A DNA stretch of 64,000 nt from Acidobacteriota bacterium (GTDB lineage: Bacteria; Acidobacteriota; Terriglobia; Acidiferrales; UBA7541). Below are positions 38,001 to 45,676 of the stretch, in pieces. The stretch is from NCBI GenBank assembly GCA_003225315.1, contig QHZD01000023.1, positions 90,347 to 154,346 of the forward strand, given 5' to 3'. The position numbers were made by a program, and so were the translations under genes. Each line of letters starts with the position of its first letter. Position 1 is the first letter of the stretch. A model generated the notes under the pieces. That model saw nothing but the letters and a program-made list of their open reading frames with translations. It made no database searches and had not been told where the DNA came from.

Positions 38001-38738
38001 GAACAGGATTACGGCCAAGATGGGTGGGTATCTCGCCATCGGTTCGTTCTCTACGGAGTATATGACTTGCCAGTGGGGCGGGGCAGAAAGGTCGGCAGCT
38101 CTCTTTCAAGGTGGGCCGACACTGTGATCGGAGGCTGGCAGACAACTTTTCAGATGTTTGCCAAGAGCGGCACCGGATTCACGCCGTATTGGACTTGCGA
38201 TAATTGTTTCAACAGTGACCATTACATTGGTCCGGGAAATATCGCCACAGGCTCGGTGGATGCTGTCGGGGACTTTGAGGGAGGCTACAGGCCTTTGGTC
38301 GTGGGGAACTACAAGCGCCATGTTGGAGACCAGCTCTACGATCCTGCAGCATTTGGACTTCCCCCGATGGGCGCCGACGTGTTTGATAATCCCCAGGTCG
38401 CCAAACGAAACCTGTTGTGGGGGCCCGGTGCCTGGGGAGTGAATTTTGGTCTGCACAAAGACTTTAGATTCGGCGAGCGAGTCAACGCCACCCTTGGGGC
38501 AGACTTTAACAATGTTTTCAATCACCCGCTGCGAGCGCCGAATCACGATGGCGGAGACACCTTCTCCAACCTCGGCAGCTTCAGCGTCGAGGTAGATCCG
38601 GCCACATTGAAACTGCGGCCCTCAACTGTCGATCCGGTTGTTCCTAATCCGGATTTCGCAAATCCGCGCCAGACTTTCTCGCAGGAGGGCGTGGACAGCA
38701 GGCGTACCGTGCGATTGAGGCTGCGGATCACGTTCTAA
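35073..38738 (+). CDS. Acidobacterial Oar-like TonB-dependent receptor
   Basis: TTG 35073 after GGGGAGG; IRGTVTDSTGAVIPSASV; ELPRDSRD; DFSAEYAGIG...TTKRG; APRIGVA; C-terminal RLRLRITF. Confidence 0.92.
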   Translation: MKYRVTFVCVICLALLFCVSAAVFGQGTDLGTIRGTVTDSTGAVIPSASVTITDALTNTARETKTNAQGNYEMFGLKPGTYRVTITAPGMNKRETTDIVLNGSDTVSVDAVLKVSAAQESVVVTMEAPAINTENQTISTAISNQEIIELPRDSRDVYSFLYLNPNITQGVSDGEFKFLGFQSYGANFTIDGQRSTNTIFGSPTTSEPSLEAVGELNVLSTDFSAEYAGIGNIRITTKRGQSQFHGSAFYNNKNSALAALQIQDKQGIADFVPTPGVSKYPTPYFNLNDIGGSLGGPILGIKKTWFFVAYERNYSRASVPISDQRLPHPAFWVGDFSPAINPAAANPAKLLPDVPAGVTLTPAEVLADTYLGLGQKFVTIPSRLLDPNVQQLISTYFPKISPLVPINLANGRIANLFQTLLPGSSTRDLGTLRVDHDFTDKDHVYGVYNVSGFVGATSPVRNPFTGLGLVQNDRRNNTVSGSYVRTIHNNLINEARGGFNREYSFRHSNTTLAGFLSSIGFDSNAIDAYGAVVGQAQLSTHGHPVINFGSTYTTFDRSGNRTTERLLSQYLATFGDTLTWVIKKHNLKMGADFVRNVGQDGFATARGNPRGTMTYTVSGALTNPFAHFLLGLAPTRVTYIAQPRPPMDVHNWEQGYFFQDDWKVTPRLTVNLGVRYELVSPFVDKNDIMLNFDPTFGNNTGRFIIASDKTTQFLDPRIATTLPVVTAAQSGLGIGRGLVRTDKNNVAPRIGVALGLGEKSAVRGGYGMYFPTAAAQGIRDPLSTNAFNQALTKSNLGINPQQLQPWPTPLTGGDVNNLAGLLSFNAVPVGLHQPLIQQYNATFERELGLKTSVRFSYLGTTAHGLIAGTDLNELRPSDVGWNTTTGDGVTPCDTDAGDCEPTPAQTAALPYPALGDFLLSFGNFGHSQANAFQTQLARRYGSGLMFNASYTYLDQKSTGLDVGESSLGGVAYNPFNPEQDYGQDGWVSRHRFVLYGVYDLPVGRGRKVGSSLSRWADTVIGGWQTTFQMFAKSGTGFTPYWTCDNCFNSDHYIGPGNIATGSVDAVGDFEGGYRPLVVGNYKRHVGDQLYDPAAFGLPPMGADVFDNPQVAKRNLLWGPGAWGVNFGLHKDFRFGERVNATLGADFNNVFNHPLRAPNHDGGDTFSNLGSFSVEVDPATLKLRPSTVDPVVPNPDFANPRQTFSQEGVDSRRTVRLRLRITF

Positions 38739-38769
38739 CTCGCGAGTGCAAATAATTGACAGCGGAAAG

Positions 38770-38799
38770 AGGGGCGGGGCCAGGATTCGCCCCTTTTTT
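38770..38799 (+). terminator. Rho-independent terminator
   Basis: AGGGGCG...CGCCCCT followed by TTTTT, 32 nt after the receptor stop. Confidence 0.75.
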
Positions 38800-38930
38800 A
38801 TCTGGGACTATGCTTGCCGTGCAGATTCTTGGCACTTTGGCATCGTCTAGGTGATGAAATAGGCGATAGAAGATATGCCTGTGGATTCCGCACATTCGAT
38901 TCGTAATCGTCCTTGGAGCGGAGGATTGGA

Positions 38931-39932
38931 GTGAGGCTGTCGCCCGGCAAGCGAAAAAGGCTCGAAGGTGTCTCGGATCCTCGCGGCGTCATTGGCGCTC
39001 TTGCGATTGACCAACGCGACGCGTTGCGCCGTCTTTTCTCCGCCAAATTGAAGATTGAAAAGAGTTCGGTTCCACGAGACCAGCTTGAGGAATTCAAATC
39101 CATTGTCGTTCGCGTGCTCTCCCCGCATGCCAGCGCCGTCCTGCTTGAGCCCGAGTACGGCTTGCAGGCTGCCGGTCAGCGTGCTCCATCCGCAGGCTTG
39201 CTGATGGCTTATGAAGTTAGTGGGTATGATCCTGCCGTTCCTTCCCGCCTTCCTCGGCTTCTTGAGAACTGGTCCGTGCGTAGATTGGTCGATGCGGGCG
39301 CGCAGTGCGTAAAGGCTCTTTTGTACTATGCCTTGTCCGACCCACGTGAAATACAGGAACGCAAACGCGTTTGGGTCGAACGTGTCGGCTCGGAATGCGC
39401 CGGCTGTGACGTGCCCTTCTTCCTGGAAATTGTTCCATACCAGGATGGACTGGACGAAAAAAGTCCTCAATTTGCGCGCCGCAAGCCGGCTATTCTCGTC
39501 AGCGCAATGCAAGAATTCTCAAAACCTCACTATTGCGTGGATGTTTTGAAAGTTGGTGTGCCTGTAACTATGGCCTATGTCGAAGGTTCTTCGGATTCTT
39601 CGGGTGTGTTCGTGCATACACGCGCCGAAGCTCTAGAGCTTTTTCGAAATACTGCGGCGGCAACTGACAAACCGTTCTTGTTTCTCTCTGCGGGAGTTAG
39701 CAATCGCGCGTTCAATGAGGCCCTCGCACTGGCCTCGGAAGCGGGCGTCCATTTTTGTGGAGTGCTCTGCGGACGCGCAACGTGGAAGGATGGTGTAAGC
39801 GTGTTCGTCCGCGGAGGAGCGGATGCGCTTCGGGAATGGCTAGAGACCCAGGGCGCGCAAAACATGCGAAGTATCAACGAAAGCCTGAAAGCTGCCACGT
39901 CTTGGTGGGAAAATTATCCCGCAGATGAATAA
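38931..39932 (+). CDS. lacD: Tagatose-1,6-bisphosphate aldolase (class I)
   Basis: ALAIDQR; LLEPEYG; LLMAYE.SGYD; VKALLYY; ERVGSEC...PFFLE; DVLKV (Schiff-base Lys); FLSAGVS; GVLCGRATW. GTG 38931 after GGAGG. Confidence 0.9.
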   Translation: MRLSPGKRKRLEGVSDPRGVIGALAIDQRDALRRLFSAKLKIEKSSVPRDQLEEFKSIVVRVLSPHASAVLLEPEYGLQAAGQRAPSAGLLMAYEVSGYDPAVPSRLPRLLENWSVRRLVDAGAQCVKALLYYALSDPREIQERKRVWVERVGSECAGCDVPFFLEIVPYQDGLDEKSPQFARRKPAILVSAMQEFSKPHYCVDVLKVGVPVTMAYVEGSSDSSGVFVHTRAEALELFRNTAAATDKPFLFLSAGVSNRAFNEALALASEAGVHFCGVLCGRATWKDGVSVFVRGGADALREWLETQGAQNMRSINESLKAATSWWENYPADE

Positions 39933-40911
39933 TCCAGCTGCCCAACCCAATCAACGCGCAGTCGCATTTTTTTGCGTGAGCTTGAATCCCGCGATCGACA
40001 CGCGACTGACAGTGAAGGGATTAATTCCAGGCCGAGTCAATCGCGCCGTGGAAGTTTGTCGAACCCCGGGAGGCAAGGCTGCTCACGTTGCCATGGCACT
40101 CAAGGGCTTGGGAGCGACTCCGACCTGGATTGGTTTCTCCGGCGGTGCCACAGGCGGCGAGTTGGTTGCTGGGCTGGGCCTCTTGGAGATAGCAACTATG
40201 CCGGTGTCCACTGGCGAAGCATCTCGCGTCAATCTGGAAATCTTGGACACAGAGGGAGGAGTCACTGAAGTGCTTGAGCCGGGAGGAACAATTACTCCGT
40301 CCGAATGGTCAGAATTTCAGCAAGTTTGTGCCAGCGCCTTTCAAATTGCAGTCAGCAAGAAAATCGTGCTGATCTCTGGAAGCCTGCCTCCCGGCGTTCC
40401 AACCGAGGCTTACGCCGCAATCGCCAGCTCAGCCCGATCAGCGGACTGTCTGGCGTTTGTCGATTCCAGTGGCTTACCACTCTCTAAAGCGTTGGCCGCC
40501 GGACCAGACCTGGTCAAGATTAATCGGGAGGAAGCGGAGTTTGTCACTGAGGTTGCCATACGGGATCCTATTTCCGCGGCGCAAGCCGCGCGCAGGCTGC
40601 TTGACCTGGGTGCGAACTCCGCCGCTGTCAGCCTCGGCGATCGCGGCATTGTCGGTATTCGAAAACCTGGGCAGCTGGCAATTCACGCCTGGACCGCTCC
40701 CGTGCACGGAAAATCCACCGTCGGCTGTGGTGATTCCGCGCTGGCGGGATTAGCCTTTGCTGCAGCAACTGATCTTTCATTCGAACAAAGCCTGGCACTC
40801 GCCGTTGCTTGCGCAGCGTCGAATTGCCTGGCCGCGCTCCCCGGCCGCATCGTGCGGGGGGATGTTTCGCGCTTTGAGCAAAGCGTTCACATGGAACGGT
40901 TGCAAGTCTAA
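39925..40911 (+). CDS. 1-phosphofructokinase-family hexose kinase (LacC/tagatose-6-phosphate kinase-like)
   Basis: VSLNPAID; PGGKAAHVA; ISGSLPPGV; FVDSSG; VKINREE; STVGCGDSALAG; overlaps the lacD stop. Confidence 0.85.
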   Translation: MNNPAAQPNQRAVAFFCVSLNPAIDTRLTVKGLIPGRVNRAVEVCRTPGGKAAHVAMALKGLGATPTWIGFSGGATGGELVAGLGLLEIATMPVSTGEASRVNLEILDTEGGVTEVLEPGGTITPSEWSEFQQVCASAFQIAVSKKIVLISGSLPPGVPTEAYAAIASSARSADCLAFVDSSGLPLSKALAAGPDLVKINREEAEFVTEVAIRDPISAAQAARRLLDLGANSAAVSLGDRGIVGIRKPGQLAIHAWTAPVHGKSTVGCGDSALAGLAFAAATDLSFEQSLALAVACAASNCLAALPGRIVRGDVSRFEQSVHMERLQV

Positions 40912-40923
40912 GGAGACAGGTCG

Positions 40924-41859
40924 GTGAAGCGTTTTGATATCAGCGTTCTTGGTGAACTGAACTGCGATTTGATCCTCTACGGTCTTCCCCCAGGGCTTGA
41001 ACCCGAGAGAGAGCACTTGGCCAGTGATTTTGCGCTGACGCTCGGCAGCTCCTCTGCAATTTTCGCCCACAATATTTCTCTTCTCGGTAGCCGTGTTGGC
41101 TTCACTTCCTGCATTGGAGGCGACCCGCTCGGCAAGTTTTGTGTAGAGCGCTTGTCAGAGAGCGGCGTTGACGTTTCGGGCGTGAAACGCCTTCCGAGCA
41201 GGAATACCGGCGTAACTGTGATCCTTCCTATCGCCGAGAAGCGGCATATTCTGACTTATCCGGGCACGACTTTTGATTTGGACCAAACGCATCTTGACTT
41301 GGACTATCTGCGGGACGCGGCGCATTTTCACCTTTCCTCCTTTTTTCTGTTACGCAGGCTCCGTCCCAAACTGCCTGAACTGTTTTTTCAAATGAAGCAG
41401 GGTGGCCTTACCACGTCACTCGATACCAACGATGACCCGGATAATCTTTGGGCCGATGACGTCAAGGCCGTGCTCAAAAGCGTCGATGTTTTTCTGCCGA
41501 ATGAACACGAAGCTTGTAAAGTCGCAGGCACAGGAGACGTTAATACTGCGCTCGATATCTTGTCGCATCTCGTTCCCGTCATTGTCATCAAGTGCGGTGC
41601 GCAAGGCGTGCTCGCCAAACGCGGGAAAGAGCGCTTTCGCGCTGCTTCACTCCCCGTTCAGCCCGTCGATGCTGTTGGGGCAGGAGACAGTTTTAACGCT
41701 GGCTTCCTGCACAAATTCATTCGCAGAGCAGGCCTTCAAGATTGCCTTGAATTCGGCAGCGTGAGTGCCGGCCTCTCTACCACCCGAGCCGGCGGCACGG
41801 AAGCTTTTCGCGATCGCGAGCACCGCGCAGAGTTTCTGCAGCGCCACGTGAGGGCGTAG
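40924..41859 (+). CDS. PfkB-family carbohydrate kinase
   Basis: VLGELNCDL; LGSSSAI; IGGDPLG; SLDTNDD; FLPNEHE; DAVGAGDSFNAGF. Confidence 0.88.
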   Translation: MKRFDISVLGELNCDLILYGLPPGLEPEREHLASDFALTLGSSSAIFAHNISLLGSRVGFTSCIGGDPLGKFCVERLSESGVDVSGVKRLPSRNTGVTVILPIAEKRHILTYPGTTFDLDQTHLDLDYLRDAAHFHLSSFFLLRRLRPKLPELFFQMKQGGLTTSLDTNDDPDNLWADDVKAVLKSVDVFLPNEHEACKVAGTGDVNTALDILSHLVPVIVIKCGAQGVLAKRGKERFRAASLPVQPVDAVGAGDSFNAGFLHKFIRRAGLQDCLEFGSVSAGLSTTRAGGTEAFRDREHRAEFLQRHVRA

Positions 41860-41887
41860 AGACTTGAGCCAGGCGGTTGCAGGCGGT

Positions 41888-43192
41888 TCATATGCGCCGT
41901 ACCAAGCCTTGATCGGTTGCACGCGTATTGCGGACGAGTAGCAGGACCAGGATCATCCCAATAAATGGAATAAGTCCGGCGACGACCACAATCGGGTCGA
42001 AAGTATGAGTGCCCGACGCCTGGCGCGCATCGGAAAAGTGTCCGATCAGTTCGAACGCGATGATGGTACCGATTCCCGCCCCGGTTCCGCTCAGGCCGCT
42101 CACCGTAGCAACGGAATCGCTGGCATAGAGGTCCGTAGGCAGCACGTTTGCGATTGTCGAAAAGGATGCGTAGGAAAACGTGGCGAGCGCGAAAAGCATC
42201 GCAATCAAGTACAGATTTACGGTGAAAATTGTCGGGATAAGAAGCAATACGCCGACGCCGCCAAAGACAACCAGCGCTTTACGCGCAGCGCCGAGCGACC
42301 AGCCACGCCGAATCAAATACCCAGAAACGCCACCGCCAAAAAAATTGCCCAAGTCCGCAGCGAGAAAGGGAACCCAAACAGCCAGAAGGCCGCTCTTGAG
42401 CGAAATCCCTTTCGCGACCAGGTAAATGGGAAACCAATCGGTGACGAAAAACCAAACGGGATCGGTAAGGCCTTTCGAAATGATCGTTCCCCAAGTCTGG
42501 GGCAGCTTCAAAAGGTCGCGCCAACGCAACCGCGGTTTTCTCGGGTTTTGTGCCTCCAGCGTCTCGGCAAGAATCATGTTTCGCTCAGCATCGCTGATAC
42601 GCGGATGATCCTGAGGAAGGTGATACATCCGGCGCCACGCGATCAGCCACAAGAATCCGAGCAGACCCGGAATGACAAACGCAACGCGCCATCCCCAGCG
42701 AAAGTACACCGGCAAAATCAGGAAAGGCGCAACCGCGCCCCCGACGGATGAGCCACTGTCGTAGAACGCCGCCGCCAGTCCGCGCTCGCGTTTAGGAAAC
42801 CATTCCGAAACAGCCTTGCTCGCGCCGGGCCAGTTAGCGGATTCGCCCGCCCCGAGCAGAAAGCGAAACACGGAAAAGCTCGAAAAGCCATTCGCGAGCG
42901 AAGTCATAAGGGAGACGATCGAATACCACGTAACGCTGATGGTCAGTCCGCGCCGCGTGCCGACGCGATCCATGAGCCGCCCGCACACAGTTTGTCCGAG
43001 GGAATAGGCGATGCGGAAGGCGATGGCGATGTTGGCGTAGTCCACATTGGTCCAGTGATAGTCCTGCTTCAAATAAGGTGCAAGAATGGAGAGTGTCTGC
43101 CGGTCGATGTAATTAATTACGGTCGAGGCGAACAGAATTCCGCCGATCCACCAGCGCAAGGAGGGAATAGACCGAGGCTCCGCCGTATTCAT
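41888..43192 (-). CDS. MFS transporter (ExuT/ACS-like)
   Basis: [10 protein letters not shown]; [12 protein letters not shown]; [13 protein letters not shown]; EWFPKRERG; DPVWFF..W.P.YL; 12-TM pattern. Confidence 0.9.
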   Translation of the reverse strand: MNTAEPRSIPSLRWWIGGILFASTVINYIDRQTLSILAPYLKQDYHWTNVDYANIAIAFRIAYSLGQTVCGRLMDRVGTRRGLTISVTWYSIVSLMTSLANGFSSFSVFRFLLGAGESANWPGASKAVSEWFPKRERGLAAAFYDSGSSVGGAVAPFLILPVYFRWGWRVAFVIPGLLGFLWLIAWRRMYHLPQDHPRISDAERNMILAETLEAQNPRKPRLRWRDLLKLPQTWGTIISKGLTDPVWFFVTDWFPIYLVAKGISLKSGLLAVWVPFLAADLGNFFGGGVSGYLIRRGWSLGAARKALVVFGGVGVLLLIPTIFTVNLYLIAMLFALATFSYASFSTIANVLPTDLYASDSVATVSGLSGTGAGIGTIIAFELIGHFSDARQASGTHTFDPIVVVAGLIPFIGMILVLLLVRNTRATDQGLVRRI

Positions 43193-43267
43193 TTGTCCGC
43201 TATCGCCACAGAAATCCTATGTAAGCTAATGTGAGTAACATGGTCAGGAAAGTCATGCGGTCACGCA

Positions 43268-44032
43268 TCAAGCGGGCGCAGCAAGCGCAATGAGCGCCCC
43301 GGGACTAAGCAAACTGGCTGATCCCCGGTCTAGATAAACCGTGGCCGCCGAATGTGTCCGCAGAATGGAAGCCGGCGCCATCGGACTGACTTCTCCATCG
43401 AAACACAACTTGACCGCTGGAGCTTTGCGCGCGTCAGGAACGACGCAAATAATCTCCTTTGCTTTCAGGATCTGTCTTATCGACATGGAGATGGCTTGCC
43501 GAGGGACTTCCGAAATACTTGCAAACCAGCCCTCTCCGACTTGCTGGCGCAGGCAAGCGTCATCGAGTTCGACGATGAGGTACGGCTCTTCTGTCTGGAA
43601 ATTCGCCGGAGGATCGTTAAACGCCAGATGCCCGTTCTCTCCGATGCCGACGAAGGCAACATCGACGGGCGCTGATCGCAGAGCTTTGCCAACGCGGCGG
43701 ACAACTTCAGCAGGATCACCGTCGCCGTCAAGCAGGTGATACTTCGCAATCCCCACCTTGTGAATCAAACGTACCAGAAGATACTTGCGGAAGCTGGCGG
43801 GATGAGTGATTGGAAGCCCAACGTACTCATCGAGGTGAAACATCTCCACTCGCTGCCAGTCGATGTTTCTCGCATTGGTTAGCGCGTCCAAAAAATCCAA
43901 TTGGGATGTTCCCGTCGCGGCAATGATCCGGGCGTAGCCGCGATCGTGGATCGCACTGCGCACTGCGGCGGACGCTTGCTCGGCAGCGGCCTTGCTGAGA
44001 GAAAGCTCATCTTCAAAAACTCTAACGATCAT
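43268..44032 (-). CDS. nagB: Glucosamine-6-phosphate deaminase family (NagB/AgaI-like)
   Basis: ATGTSQ; FHLDEYVGL...HPASF; [13 protein letters not shown]; VPRQAISM; [11 protein letters not shown] 44032 after GGAGA. Confidence 0.82.
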   Translation of the reverse strand: MIVRVFEDELSLSKAAAEQASAAVRSAIHDRGYARIIAATGTSQLDFLDALTNARNIDWQRVEMFHLDEYVGLPITHPASFRKYLLVRLIHKVGIAKYHLLDGDGDPAEVVRRVGKALRSAPVDVAFVGIGENGHLAFNDPPANFQTEEPYLIVELDDACLRQQVGEGWFASISEVPRQAISMSIRQILKAKEIICVVPDARKAPAVKLCFDGEVSPMAPASILRTHSAATVYLDRGSASLLSPGALIALAAPA

Positions 44033-44163
44033 GCTGGTATTCTCTCCGTGGCCGCAGACATACAAGTGCTTTGTACCCGCTTCATAGAAAGAGTTTTATA
44101 TCACAGCCTGTGACTGTAACAATGGATTTGACATTCACGGCAATCGACTGCCGGGCGCAGTTG

Positions 44164-44178
44164 CTTTGCGGTTCTTTG
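44164..44178. promoter_or_regulatory. Possible AgaR-type site CTTTG-N5-CTTTG
   Basis: Direct repeat with 10-bp period in the nagB/oxidoreductase divergent spacer; TTGACA at 44128-44133. Confidence 0.35.
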
Positions 44179-44312
44179 CTGTGCGGTTGTCATTTCCGAT
44201 ACGCCATCTGACATCAATTGAGTACATTCTGTCGGTATTGCAAATGGACGTAGAATCGCGAGTTAGAAAGAGACTGAGCTCTGCGACAACTTCAAATCCC
44301 GAGGAGAAACCG

Positions 44313-45647
44313 ATGGACAGACCAGACACAAAGACCAACCGGAGGGAGTTCTTGCAGAAAGGTGCATTTGTGGCGGCCGGAAGCGCGACATTGAGCACCA
44401 CGGCGTTGTCATATGCGCGTATTGCCGGAGCAAATGACCGGATTTCACTTGGGCACATCGGTATTGGCAATCGTGGCAGGGAGCTCGACGGCATAGTCAC
44501 GTTGCTCAAAGACAAAAAAAACGTGGAAGTGACGGCGGTCTGCGACTTATGGGCTCACAATCGCGAACAAGCGGTTGCCGCCAACCAAAAGTATTTCGGT
44601 AAAACGCCCCGCTCGCTTCAACATCCGCAAGAGCTACTGGCCCTAAAGGATGTGGACGCGGTGATGATTTCCACTCCCGAGCACTCGCACTCGCCGCTGC
44701 TGCAAATGACAGTCGAAGCGGGCAAGGACGCCTACTGCGAGAAGCCCATGGGCAATATTCTTGAAGAGGTCAAAGCGGCGCGCGATGCAGTCGTTGCCCG
44801 GAATCTCATCGTCCAGATTGGCACCCAGCACCGCAGCGAACCATATCAGATTGCCGTGCGTGATCTGGTACTTTCCGGCGTGCTCGGCGAAGTCACAAAG
44901 TACGAAATTGAATGGAACTATCATGGGCCTCGCTGGCGCGGTCGTCCCGAAGTGAAGATGATTCGCGAACAGGATACGGACTGGCATGCCTGGCTAGTGA
45001 ACAAGCCGCACCGCCCGTTTGATCCACAGCTTTATTTTGAATTTCGTCTCTACAAGGAGTTTTCCAGCGGCATCTCTGACCAGTGGATGAGCCATGGCAT
45101 TGATCTATGTCACTACTTCATGGACGAGAGCTTTCCGCAGTCGGTCGTGACAAATGGCGGCATTTTCGCTTGGCATGACGGCCGCGAGAATCCCGATACC
45201 TTCCATGCCCTATTCACCTATCCAAAAGGTTTTCTGGTGAGCTATGCCACGAGCTTCGGCAATGATGCGCCCAGTTTCACGCGCATCATGGGAAAGAAAG
45301 CCACAATGATCAATCACGGTGGAGAAGGCAGCCCGCGCTGGCAAATGGTGGAAGAGAAGGGAAATCATGAAGATGACACCGAAGTCGACAAGCAGCGCGC
45401 CGTCAAAGACATCCTGCTACCCGGCAATAAGACGCTTCCCCCAATGGGAATAGGCGACGAGGATCCGTCGCACATGGTTAACTGGCTGGATTGTTTGCGC
45501 AGCCGGACACAGCCGAACGCCACCGTGCACAACGGGTTTTCGCACTCCGTAGCCTGCATGATGGCCGCGCGCGCCTATTGGTCCGGGAAGAAGATTTATT
45601 GGGATACGAAGACTGAGGCGATTCTCGACCATCCACCAGGGGCATAG
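44313..45647 (+). CDS. Gfo/Idh/MocA-family NAD-binding oxidoreductase with Tat signal
   Basis: GAGGAG RBS; NRREFL; GHIGIGNRG; DVDAVMISTPEHSH; AYCEKPM; QIGTQHRS; WMSHGID. Confidence 0.9.
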   Translation: MDRPDTKTNRREFLQKGAFVAAGSATLSTTALSYARIAGANDRISLGHIGIGNRGRELDGIVTLLKDKKNVEVTAVCDLWAHNREQAVAANQKYFGKTPRSLQHPQELLALKDVDAVMISTPEHSHSPLLQMTVEAGKDAYCEKPMGNILEEVKAARDAVVARNLIVQIGTQHRSEPYQIAVRDLVLSGVLGEVTKYEIEWNYHGPRWRGRPEVKMIREQDTDWHAWLVNKPHRPFDPQLYFEFRLYKEFSSGISDQWMSHGIDLCHYFMDESFPQSVVTNGGIFAWHDGRENPDTFHALFTYPKGFLVSYATSFGNDAPSFTRIMGKKATMINHGGEGSPRWQMVEEKGNHEDDTEVDKQRAVKDILLPGNKTLPPMGIGDEDPSHMVNWLDCLRSRTQPNATVHNGFSHSVACMMAARAYWSGKKIYWDTKTEAILDHPPGA

Positions 45648-45676
45648 CCCCAACAGCGCGAGCAGAAAACTTTACA

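Noticed and set aside
38931-41859. Sulfoglycolysis (YihT/YihV) interpretation of the aldolase and kinases
   Set aside because: Motifs follow LacD far more closely than YihT, AgaS/AgaR are adjacent, and no YihS, YihU or YihQ-like genes are seen.
44101-44113. Palindrome TCACAG-C-CTGTGA as a CRP site
   Set aside because: Half-sites are inverted relative to TGTGA-N6-TCACA and the spacing is wrong; single occurrence.
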